A stretch of 64,000 nt of DNA, taken from assembly GCF_020745735.1 (NCBI RefSeq), contig NC_083427.1, positions 2,449,438-2,513,437 of the forward strand, in the 5' to 3' direction. Source of the stretch: Hemiscyllium ocellatum (Eukaryota). Shown piece after piece: positions 28,451 to 40,170 of this stretch. The notes below the pieces were generated by a model. That model was not told the origin of the DNA. It made no database searches and was given only the letters and a program-made list of their open reading frames with translations. Position numbers and translations under genes: made by a program. The number at the start of each line of letters is the position of its first letter. The first letter of the stretch is position 1.

Positions 28451-29779
28451 GACGGTGTTTGGAAGAGGGCAGTGGAGTGGACTGTAGAGTGATAACAAGC
28501 CAGTACGATTAAAACAGCGTGAATGTGCTGCAAACGTTTTATGCAGAACATCTACACATGGCTGTGTAACTGTTTTCAATGATTACATTTCTGATAGACT
28601 TCTTCAACCAAATGCCATTATTTACTGAAAACTGTCTTGGTTGCGATCAGATTTTTAAAAATGTGACCTCTGGTCAGATTTGCAGAGCCCGAGACTGCCT
28701 CTAACGGTGATGTTTCGGTTTCATTCCTGTTCGAATGGATGTGGATGATTTAACTGCAGTTGTAAGAAATTTCAGATCGCGTTGATTAGTCCATAAATCT
28801 CTTAGAACCTCAGTGTGCTTGAGTTGATCATTGGAAATTTAAGGTGCTTTCCTGTGGAAATCAGATTTTTTTAAAAAAGACGAATTCTACCTATTCGTTC
28901 AGTTCCCCAAAAACGATCAATTTCAGTTTTTGACACACCCAGTTGATGATATTGAACTGTCTGTATCGAATTACAATGATTAAAGGTTCCTTTTTGCTAA
29001 ACACATCCTCTGAAAACAGATGGAACTGATTGACATCTGAAAATAATGAAATGAAAGCTGTATAAGGACATTCAAGACAGGCAAAAAACCTTCGGTACAT
29101 ACAGTAACAAAATCTCTGAATATTCTAAGCATTTCAATTAGAACACCTCTCATTCTTCCAAATTTCGAAAAGTATTGAATCATTTTACTTTGTCTCACAC
29201 AGTAAGAATTTCTGAGTCCCATTCCACTTGTTTATGTTTAAAACATTGCACAAAGACTTTTTGTCTACATAATCAGGCATAAAGTTAGTAGGATGAATTT
29301 GTTATGTAAAGTCTAATGCCTGGTGAATGTTCATTCAAATGCAGAATAAGCTAAATTGATAATGACAAGAAAAGATCAGCATTATTCAAATACGATGCAA
29401 TATTAAAGGAGAAAGTCAACATGTCTCAGAATTCCTTGAGTGGTTTCGGAATATTCTTTTGAAAAATTGGAAACCACCAATGAGACCAAATTGGCTGAAA
29501 TGCTGGTTTTCAGACCAGACTTAATTCAGAAGTCATTATTGAATAGAAATTCAGCAAATAATTAGCTAATACCATACCATGAAACATTGCGTCCCAAAAT
29601 AAAACTTAGGACTACTTAATTAATATTAAAGCATATTATCATAATTGTGAGAAAGTACAGAGTTCTGACGTGCAGAGAACTGGCTGTCATAGCACATAAA
29701 CCACAGAACGTTGATACCTATTTACAGAAACTAATCACGAACGTTAATAGAATGCTATGATTCATTGTGATGGGAATTT

Positions 29780-30340
29780 ACTGCAACAGTCGAGATGTTA
29801 TGTTTCAGTTGTGCTGCGCATTGGTCAGATGAAATCTGATATGCAGGGTACTCGCCACTGTATTTATGGAGAATGATAATATAAAGGAAGAGATCATTGC
29901 CTCATGAAAAGGCCATGCCTGTACCTTCTGGAATTAAGGAGAGTCAGAGGTAACGTAAGTTAAACATATAAGGTGCTGAGGGAAATTGATTGGGTCGATG
30001 TCAAACGGTTATTTCCTCTTGTGAGAGAATCTAGAAAGAAAGAGTCATCGTTTTAACACAGGGGCTGCCCCATTTAAGACAGAAATGAAAGGGAAATAAT
30101 TACTGAGACACCTGTGCATCTTTCAATTTCTCTTTTACAATGGCAGAGGACGCAGATTATTTCTAAGTATTTGTAAGGAAAAGGTAATGACTTCTTGATT
30201 GCAAGAGGATGGAGGATCATTCGGTATGGAGGAATGTAGAGTTAAGATTAAAATTAGATCAGCCATACTATTAGAGGATGGTGGAGTAAGGCTAGCAACG
30301 CAGAGAGTCCTACTCTTGTTACTTGTTCACATGAAGACAT
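29780..30340 (+). mobile_element. CR1-like LINE 3' fragment, decayed
   Basis: atgttatgtttcagttgtgctgcgcattggtcag and acatataaggtgctgagggaaattgattgggtcgatg CR1 C-terminal motifs. Confidence 0.65.
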
Positions 30341-32350
30341 GAATGTAATGTAATCTGGAAGGCATTATATGCTACCCAATTTCAGCCAAGCAGCGTCAAG
30401 ATCTCTTTTGTTCCTCCACCCAATCTCCAGAAGACAAACAGCATGTGAGTCTGTTGAAAATTTGGCATTAAATATGGCCAATTAGAATACTCTGGAAGTG
30501 CTCAACATCGTTAGCAGTATCTGAGCAGAGCAAAACAAAATTAAGACTTCACGTCATAAGTTTTAATCGGTACCCTTCGGATGAAATTTCACGATATAAA
30601 ACTACAACCCTGGGAAAAGATTCCACAATATCACAATCCTGCCCAGCAAAATGTGCCTTCTGCCCCTCCACGAAAGATTTTACATTTAACTTGTATGCAT
30701 GGCTCTTGTTTCCAGATTCTGCAACCTGTCGAAGCTATCTGTCTCGATGGGAAAGCTTCCCACCTCTTCATAATTTTAAACACGTATTATGTGAGTCAAT
30801 ATTTACAGTTCTTTGATCAAAGAAAACTCAGTTTTCAAGTATTCCTCATGCACTTGTTTCCACATGCCAGTCAATGGTCTAGAGAATCTCTGGTACAAGC
30901 TTTGAAATCACAGTATGCAAACTCGTGGCTGGAGTCGAATGCTGAACTGTGAATAAGTGTTGAGATTTATACTTTGCACCATTTTGTACTGATTTAAAAA
31001 GACGTATTGGAATTTAATTTGATACTTTGTCGAGCACTAGCAAGCTCTAACGTTGTGCTCAAAAAGTAGCTTGCCTCACCGAAGCAAAACACTTCACCAA
31101 TTCAAAGCATATCGACTCCTCTTTTGCTTCAAAGCTACAAAAAAACTCTTATAATTTATAATGAATTCCATCTGTTGCTTTTAATCTAAACCACTTCAAC
31201 TATCAGATTCGGTTTGATCTTCTAAATTGTTATCTATAATTTCTGTTCAGAAGGAGGGATGATGCCATGAGGGGATTGGCAGGTGTCAGCCCGAAGCTGC
31301 AGCTATTTACTCAGTACCCTTTCTCTGTTGCATTTCATTTCCCTGCTTTTGTCTTTCCATTCAGTTGCTGATTCATTGCTGTTCTGGTTATATCCCGTAT
31401 CATGAAAACTGATGCAAAATTATTGTTCTATTCATTTTCTGTCTCCTTTGTTTTACAACATGATTTTTCCACATTCACTTTCTGCATAACCGATGTTCAC
31501 TTTGTATATTACTCACAGGAATTTATGCTCTCTGGTGAGCTTCATATCATAATTTGATGATTCAATAATGATTAATTTTCAGATCTTGCGTTTCCCTAAC
31601 TGTTAATACTCTGTCCAATTTTCTGACTTAACTTGTATTTAAACACAATCACATCCATTTTGCTTAATATTGATATCATCTTAAACAGATAGCAGGTCCG
31701 AATTTTGGAACTATCATCACTTTTTTGAATGTGCCTATTTATGTGATCTGAAATGTCTCCTTACATGTCTGTCACTATAACACGATTAAATTCTCCTCTA
31801 ATCTGATTTTCCAATTCATTTCAGCTTACTCTGATTTAGTGCCCTCATAATATCTTTTTTAAAAAGTAAAACAATTTTGTCTCTCGCATTTGAATATAAA
31901 ATGAATCATATTAATGTTGCTAATCCCTGTGGGCGCCTTCACAATGAGGTAACAAATTAATATTATCTCATTCCAACATTGCAGGAGGTTCAATACAGGT
32001 CAGAAACGTGCGAATCGAATGAAGTCTTCCCAAATCTTTTCACGATCCCCGCACGGAGGCTATCGTTGCACATATGGCTTGCACAGTTACTTTACAGATA
32101 GTACCTCCCATAATGATTGTCGTGATTTTCTGACAAGCTCGTATATTGTCTTCTTTTATGCTCCCCCTATCGTATGGGTGACCGAAACACTGCTCCCATA
32201 AATCATTCTTGAATTATTATTTCTCAACTTCACTCAAACCCATTCCAGGGGCCCCTTTCTTAAAATAAGAACAGCAAATTCTGAAGAAACTCAACCATTC
32301 TGGCAGCATTTGTGGAGAGAAAGAGACAGAATATGTTCCACGTCAGACAT

Positions 32351-32638
32351 GACGGTGCGGTGGCACTGCTGCCTCGCAGCGCCACAAATCCGGGTTCGAT
32401 TCCCGCGTCAGGCAACTATCTGTGTGGAGTTTGCACATTCTCCCGTGTCTGCATGTGTTTCCTCCGGGTGCTCCAATTTCCTCCCACAGTCTAAAAATGT
32501 GCAGGTTAGGTAAATTGGCCATGGTAAATTGCCCATAGTGTTAGGTGTAGGGGAATGGGTCTGGGTTGGTTGCTCTTCGGCGAGTCAGTGTGGACTTGTT
32601 GGACCGAAGGGCCTGTTTCTACACTGTAAGTAATCTCT
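32351..32638 (+). mobile_element. HE1-type V-SINE
   Basis: Box B GGTTCGATTCC at 32393-32403, V-domain ctgtgtggagtttgcacattctccc, tail gggcctgtttctacactgtaagtaatct. Confidence 0.93.
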
Positions 32639-33849
32639 GACTCTTTTCACCTCTTTTGGTTGTGCAAGTAGGATTGTGAACGAATTGTTACAGTTTTACA
32701 TGCTTCCTACCAACCTCCATCTGTTCTGCGCCATCTGCACGCATCTAATCCATATCACTTGCAATAAGGATAGTGAAGAAGCCTAAGAGCAGTTTCGTGA
32801 CCCATTGGCCTTGGCACGTGCTGAGCATCAGATTGGATGCAGTTAATGTTAATTCAAGCCAATGTAACTGTGATACTTGTCGAAGAGCATCACAAAACTA
32901 CTGTTTGCACACTGCATGATTGAGAGGACATAAACACATGCATGAGCTGCAGGTGAAGTCAGTTATTATGCAGCTGTATGATGCTAGTAAGACCAATATG
33001 GATAGTCATCGTTTTGTAAGGTATTGCAGCATGGTGTTATCTAGTTTTCCATAAAAATGGTGCGGTTTGTTGACAGTGCGTTCATGAAGACCGTGGGACA
33101 GTGCTCATGTGTGAAAGGTTGGAAGAATACAATAAACTGGATAATTAGTAAGCGAGTGAATAGCTGCTACTGTGGTGTATTATTTCATTATAAAATTTCA
33201 CAAGCGATATTTTCTGATGTCATGCATGACGTGACTGCTGAGTAGGTTTGGACATTCGGAATTAATAAGAAGTCAGCAATGGAACAGTACAACAAGCTAG
33301 GAGCGTGCTTATCTCCGACCGTTGTAATAGTAGTAATGTGGCTGTGTCTGAATTTGACCACTTGGAAGAGAAATTCAATTTGAAAGTATTGTCTGACTTT
33401 GAGATAATACAGTGATGAGTGAACAAGAAGTGTAAATTGGGATCTGGACAGCAGAGTTCACATTAGATTTACTACTAAGAATTTGAAGATTTGAGCATGA
33501 AAAATGATGGAATAATCTAAGATACCTTTGAAGAGCTTGGTGGTGATGGTTGCAAGTCAGCTGAGTAATTTTCGGAGAGAGGAGTTAGTTGCAGGCACTA
33601 GCAGGTAGTCTTGCTGATGGTTGTGAACAGTCTGGTCTGATGGTTGCATTGGTGGTAATAGGTTTTGTTTAGGTGAAAGAAAATGTAGTATCTGTCCATG
33701 ACAAGAATGCTATAAAGTTATGAGGACAAATCAAAAACTGAACAGAAAGAAATACACTTGTGTCTATTGGGAACACAAGGGAATTTTTGAAAACAAAACC
33801 TTCTAAATAAAGGAAGATATTAAGTGATGTCTTTTTTGCAATAGAGATA

Positions 33850-34740
33850 GATAAAACTTGGAACGTTACAGTGCAGTACAGCCCTCGTTATTGTGCCGAC
33901 CTGTGGAACCAATCTGAAACCCATCTAACCTACACGATTCCATTCTCGTCCATATACTACCCAATGACCATTTAAATGACCTTAAGATTGGCTAGTCTCC
34001 TTATGCTGCAGGCTGTGCGTTCCACGCCCTTACTTCTCTCTGAGTAAAGAAGCTACTTCTGATATTTGTTTTATATCTATCACCCCTCAATTTAAAGCTT
34101 TGTTCCCTCATAATAGCCATCGCCATCCTACGAAAACGGCTCTCACTGTCCAACATACCTACAACTTATATTATGATTAGATTAGATTAGATTACTTCCA
34201 GTGTAGAAACAGGCCCTTCGGCCAAACAAGTCCACACCAACCCGCCGAAGCGCAACCCACCCATACCCCTACATTTGCCCCTTACCTAACACTATGGGCA
34301 ATTTAGCATGGCCAATTCACCTGAGCCGCACATCTTTGGACTGTGGGAGGAAACCGGAGCACCGGGAGGAAACCCACGCAGACACGGGGAGAATGTGCAA
34401 ACTCCACACAGTGGGTCGCCTGAGTCGGGAATTGAACCTGGGTCTCAGGCGCTGTGAGGTAGCAGTGCTAACCACTGTGCTACCGTGCCGCCCCAAATTA
34501 TCTGAAATGTCTCAATAAATTCGCCGCTCAGCCTTCTTCTCTCTAACGAAAATAGCCTCAAGTCCCTTATTCTTTCTACATAGATCCTTTCCTCCATACC
34601 AGGCAACATCCTCGTAAATCTCCCATGAATCCTTTCCAAATCTTCCACATCCTTCCCATGATGCGGTTACCAGAACTGATTGCAACACCCCCAATGTGGC
34701 CGCACCAGAGATTTGTACAGCTGCAGCATAACTTCATGGT
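33850..34740 (-). mobile_element. CR1-like LINE 3' fragment interrupted by a HE1 SINE
   Basis: Minus ORF 34445-34648 MEDLERIHGRFTRMLPGMEERIYVERIRDLRLFSLERRRLSGEFIETF. The 3' part continues at 33850-34175 on the other side of the SINE. Confidence 0.85.
34175..34493 (-). mobile_element. HE1-type V-SINE (young)
   Basis: (GATTA)n tail, near-consensus body, ggaattgaacctggg box-B complement. Confidence 0.95.
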
Positions 34741-34749
34741 TCTGAAACA

Positions 34750-37040
34750 GGTGCTTGGTAAGAAACCAGGCTAGATGTTTGATTTAGTTGTAGATTAGCA
34801 CTTTTGAGAGGGTGACCATACTTCAGTTACATTTAGTTCAGTGATGGAAAGGGATAGGTACATGACACAGGTGAAGAGTTATGGATGGGACAAGGCCAAT
34901 TACAATGCGATTAGGCAAGAATTAGGTTGAATAAAGTAGAGTAGAAACATGCAGCAGATGGGGACAATGGAAATGTAGAGCTGGTTTTAGGAACAGATTT
35001 TGTGCGTGCTTGATAGGCATGTACATGTCATGCAAGGAGGAAGTGATAAGGTAAGGGAACCGTGATTTACGACAGAAATTGCATCTCTTCTTAAGCAGAA
35101 GAATTGGGCGTATGCATTGATGAGAAAAGGTGGTTCAGATGAGGCGATGGAGTGTTATAGGTCAACTAGGAAGGATATAGGTCAGCTAGGAGGAAAGCGA
35201 GGACACGAGCAGTCTTTAGCAAATAGAATAAAGGAAAGCCTAAAGCTTTCTATAGGTATGTGAGGAACAAAAAGTTGACTCGGGTAGGAATAGGGCCAGT
35301 GAAATCCAGAAGTGGGAAGTTGAATGTGGACCCTGTGGAGATCGGAGATGTGCTAAACGAACATTTCTCATTGGTTTTCACTCAGGAAAAGGAGAATATT
35401 GTAGAGGAGAAGAATGAGATGCGAGATATTAGACTACAAAGTATTTAGTTTAGTTATGAAGAGGTGTTATCAATTCTAGAAGGATTGTAAATAGAAAGGT
35501 TCCCTGGGCCGGATGGGATTTATCTGAGGATTCTCTGGGAAACTAGGGAAGGGATAGTGGATCCTTTGGCTTTGATATTTTGGTCTTCAGGTTTAGTACT
35601 AAAGGACTGGAGGATTGCAAATGTTGGCCTGTTGACAAGAAGGGCAATAGAAATGACCCAGGTAATTATAGACCAGCGAGCCTTACCTCTGTTGTTGGAA
35701 AGGTTTTGGAAAGTCTTGTAAGTGTTAGGATTCATCTATTATCTAGCAAGCAACAATTTGATTTCAGTTAGTCAACATGGTTTTGTCAAGGGCAGGTTGT
35801 GTGCCCTTGACCAAACCATGCGAAGGTGAACAAGCATGTCGATGAGGGTAGGGAAGTTGACCCTGCGTACATGGAATTCAGTAAAGCCTTTCATAAGGTT
35901 ATACATGGTAGGCTGTTGGAGAAAATGCAGATACATGGGATTGAGGGTGATTTAGCAGTTTGGATTAGAAACTGGCTTTCTGAAAGAAGGCAGCGAGTGG
36001 TGTTTGATGGAAAATGTTCAGCGTGGAGTCAGGTTACTAGTAGTATGCCACAAGGATCTGTTTTGGGACCACTGCTGTTTGTCATTTTTTTAAAAAATAT
36101 CTTACACACAAGCATAGATGGATGAATTAGTAAGTTTGCAGATGGGACTAAAGTAAGTGAAGTCGTGGACAGTTTCGAAGAATGTTACAGGTTGCAGGGG
36201 ATTTGCATAAACTTCAGAATTGGGTTAAGAGGTGACAAGTGTGAGTTTAATGCAGCTAAATGTGAGATGATTCACTTTCGGAAGAATAACAGGAAGGCAG
36301 AGGCAAAGAAGAATGGAAAGATTCTTGATAGTGTGGATTTGCAAGGTGATCTTGTAATCTAAGTACATAAATCCCTGATACTTGCCAGCTGGTTGACAGT
36401 GCTGTTAAGAAGGCATATGGCATGTTAGGTTTAATTGATAGAGGGATTGAGTTCCGGAGCTGCAATGTCATGCTGCAACTATACAAAATGCTAGTATCGC
36501 CGCACTTGGAATATTGTGTACAGTTCTGGTCGCCATATTTTGGGAAGGATGTGGAAGCATTGGAAGAGTTGCAGAGGAGATTTAGCAGAATGTTGCCTGG
36601 TCTGGAGGGAAGCTCTTATGCGGAAAGGCTGAGAGACTTGAGTGTGTTCTCATTGAAAAGAAGAAAGCTAACAGAGACTTGACAGAGACATGCAAGTTGA
36701 TCAACGGATTAGATAGGGTAGACAGTGAAAGTCTTTTTCCAAGAATGATGACGTCAGCTTGTACGAGGGAGCATAACTACAAATTGAGAGGTGGTAGATT
36801 TAAGGCAGATGTCAGAAGCAGGTTCTGTACTCAGAGAATGGTACGGGCGTGGAATGCCCAACCTGCCAACGTAGTTAACTTAAGCACATTAGGGAGATTC
36901 ATACAATCCTTGGGAAAGCACATGGATGATGATGGAATAGTGTAGGGGACTGGGCTGAGAATAATTCACAAGTCGGCGCAATTTTGAAGGCTGAAGGGCC
37001 TGTCCTAAGCGGAATTGTTCTATGTCCTATGTTCTATGTA
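34750..37040 (+). mobile_element. CR1/HER1-like LINE, ~2.3 kb 5'-truncated copy
   Basis: ORF pieces GNYRPASLTSVVGKVLES, YMEFSKAFHKV...PQGSVLGPLLFVIF and MLQLYKMLVSPHLEYCVQFWSP; (CTATGTT)n tail at 37020-37040. Confidence 0.93.
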
Positions 37041-37384
37041 CTCAGCATTCCTGTTACTCCTTCGAAAATGAATCACCTCACACTTTCCCGAAGTTGTTTG
37101 GTTCAAAGAATTCACTACAGAGCTACCCTGTGTACTTTGTGCAACAGCAAGGTGGGAAACATTTTGAGAGCTAAGTTTGGGGCAAAAAAGCATGATGTCA
37201 TGGAACTGAAGAATTGGATGCCCACTGCATAATAGTCTTTTACTGCACATTTCAACTCCCCCTGTGATCGTTTGACATCCCATCTCCTGTCACTGATTTT
37301 GACATTATGCCCATGTTTTACAATCCTGGTTACAATATTAATGAACATGAAACAGAAGCTGAAACTCTGGTTTCTCACTTACAG

Positions 37385-37681
37385 AGATGGCTGTATTACT
37401 AAGGAACCCTTTGGTTGAAGAAATCTGGATCAATAAAAGTGCCATTCTGGTTTGAGAAGTTCTGTCTACAGTTTCAGCTGGGGTAATCATTTCTTGGATG
37501 GTGAACGGAGAGTTACAGAATGAAGGCGTTCAAACTGAAACTGATAATGAAAACCAATATCCGACCATCAGCTGTTTGACCAGCAGCGTGGATGGATGGC
37601 AGAGTGGGGTGGAATAAGTATGCTCCGCAAAACAGGAACAATCATCGACCCCAATATCAAAACGAACCAGAATGGCAAGAG
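37385..37681 (+). pseudogene. IgNAR: IgNAR constant domain C2 exon (inactivated)
   Basis: Acceptor cttacag|, phase 1. Translates (E)MAVLLRNPLVEEIWINKSAILV*EVLSTVSAGVIISWMVNGELQNEGVQTETDNENQYPTISCLTSSVDGWQSGVE*VCSAKQEQSSTPISKRTRMAR|G, donor gttggt. Closely matches remembered nurse-shark IgNAR C2 (EIAVLLRDPTVEEIWIDKSATLVCEV...). Stops: TGA 37453-55 at the B-strand Cys and TAA 37615-17 at the YxC Tyr. Confidence 0.95.
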
Positions 37682-37761
37682 GTTGGTAACAAAAGATATA
37701 CATTTGTGCATGTCAGTTTAGCAAAGAGGACATAGTAAAATTGTCAGTAATTCTATTACAG

Positions 37762-38081
37762 TCAAACCGGTGAAGCAATATCTCCACCTTCTGCCACCAT
37801 CACCAGAAGAGATTCAAAATGGCAGCTTTGCTACTCTGACATGTTTGATTAGAGGATTCTATCCTGGCAAAATACGCGTTTTTTTTGGGAGAAAGACGGA
37901 GCTTCTGAAAGCGCAAACATGACAAATTTCCCCACTGCTCTGGAACAGGACCTGACCTTCAGCGCACGGAGCCTCCTCGTTTTACCTGCAGTGGAATGGA
38001 AGAGCGGAGTAAAATACTCCTGTACTGCCTCGCATCCACCTTCACAGTCAACTGTGAAACGGGTCATCAGAAACCCGAAAG
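37762..38081 (+). pseudogene. IgNAR: IgNAR constant domain C3 exon (frameshifted)
   Basis: Acceptor tattacag|, donor G|gtaagg. (V)KPVKQYLHLLPPSPEEIQNGSFATLTCLIRGFYPGKIRV, then a T8 run (T6 needed for V-F-W), then WEKDGASESANMTNFPTALEQDLTFSARSLLVLPAVEWKSGVKYSCTASHPPSQSTVKRVIRNPK. This is the IgNAR C3 signature; the second half is ORF 37919-38161. Confidence 0.96.
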
Positions 38082-39414
38082 GTAAGGACAGTGCTTTAGC
38101 AACCATTCTCACAATTAACGCTTTGTGGCCAATATTAATACAACATGAAACCGTGTCCTAACTTTCCAGCAACTTTAACATGCATAAGACCTCTTGGAAA
38201 GAAATAACTTTAACACACTGTGCATGGTTGGGAAGTAAACAGGATAGACAGTCATATCCATAAAAGTATGTATCCTCAATCGGTGTGAAACTTGTTGGCA
38301 TAAGAATGGAGGGGGCCCTCTGGTGGCACATTCGTCGTGTCTGCACCCTGAACCAAGAGGTCCACGTTTATTTCCCACATGCTACAGAGTTGTGCGTTGG
38401 GTTGTTTGAATAGGTTGACGAGAGAAATAAGCTAACTAAAAAATTATATGAACTTAAAGAGCTTCATTGCACGATTAAGTCTTGAAGGAGTACTATCTTT
38501 AAACAACAATGAATGATGGTGAGAGGAAGATTGTGTCGACAAGATTTTGTGCCTTGTTTGCTTCATGCTGCTCTTTTGAGTCTAGCTTGAGTGTTTGCTG
38601 ACAGTTAACTAAAAGGTAAACAGAAATACAAACATTTCTCGGAAAGTTAGACTAATGCACGTGAATAACATTGGATATTGCATGGATTACATTATTTTGT
38701 CCTCTAACCCTGGACGTCAAAGGAATAGACAAATAATTCTGTTATTGACGAGAATAACTCACAAAATCTACTGAACTGACTTTAATTCCTGCTGTCCTTT
38801 TAGTACCTGAATCTCACCCGATTGTCTTTTGGCCTGCAAAAAAGCCAGTTCATGACATTAAAGAAGCGAGTAGCTATACATTACTTTGCAACACTGATCG
38901 TTGGTGTACGGGTTGTGATCAAGGGACATGATTAAGGACTATGATCAATTTCTGGTCATTCACTTGCGAATAATTATTGTGTAGACTTGTGTGAAACACC
39001 AAATGATTGACAAAAGGATGCCAGAAAATCACATACAACAGTGAGAAAGAAGAAAGATACACCCCAGCAAACACTGCTAGTGGTTCTGTTACAAACACTA
39101 AACATGATAAAATCCGTTTCGTGAGCACCCATGTACTGAAATAGAACACAATTGGAGGAGCGTTACTTTAGCTCTGCGAAGGATTCTTTCAAAGTTACAC
39201 CAAAATAGACTTATATGGGTTCCATACAGTCTCTTTGTTTTTTCTTCCATCTGAGGAGTCTTGTTGAAAATTAACATAATAGCTCTTCTCCAAAGAACAG
39301 CGAAGAAAGGGAGTCTTGTACATTTGCATTTTTCTCTTACTGATTCACGAAGATTTATCAGTTCAGATAAGATTTCTCAAGGAAGCTTGCCTACCAATAC
39401 CGTTTGTGTATCAA

Positions 39415-40170
39415 TATGAAATAGACAATAGACAATGGACAATAGGTGCAGGAGTAGGCTATTATGCCCTTCGAGCCTGCACCACCATTCAATATGATCA
39501 TGGCTGATCATCCTTAATCAGTATCCTGTTCCTGCCTCATCTCCATAACCCTTGATTCCACAATCCTGGAGAGCTCAATCCGACTCTTTCTTAAATGAAT
39601 CCAGAGACTGGGCCTCCACTGCCCTCTGGGACAGAGCATTCCACACAGTCACCACTCTCTGGGTGAAGAAGTTTCTCTTCAACTCTGTCCTAAATGGGCT
39701 ACCCCATATTTTTAAGCTGTGTTCTCTGGTTCGGCACTCATCCATCAACGGAAATATGTTTCCTGCCTCCAATGTGTCCAATCCTTTAATAATCTTATAT
39801 GTCTCAATCGGATCCCCTCTCAGTCTTCTAAACTCAAAGGTATACAAGCCCAGTCGCTCCAGTCTTTCAGCGTAAGGTAGTCCCGCCATTCCAGAAATTG
39901 ACCTCGTGAACCTACGCTGCACCCCCTCAATAGCCAGAATGTCTTTCCTCAAATTTGGAGACCAAAACTGTACACAATACTCCAGGTATGGTCTCACCAG
40001 GGCCCTGTACAGCTGCAGAATAACATCTTTGCTTCTATACTCAATCCCTCTCGCTATGAAGACCAGGATGCTATGAGCTTTCTTCACTACCTGCTGTACC
40101 TGTATGCTTACCATCATTGGCTGGTGTACAAGAACACCCAGATCTCTTGGTAAATTCCACTTTCTTCTCC
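39415..40170 (-). mobile_element. Relatively young CR1-like LINE 3' fragment in the IgNAR C3-C4 intron (antisense)
   Basis: 212-aa open frame 39575-40213 (RDLGVLVHQ...LQLYRALVRPYLEYCVQFWSP...RNFFTQRVVTVWNAL); (CTATTGT)n tail at ~39415-39450. Confidence 0.93.

Noticed and set aside
32351-32420. tRNA-like box A/box B sequence
   Set aside because: It is the head of a tRNA-derived SINE, not a tRNA gene.
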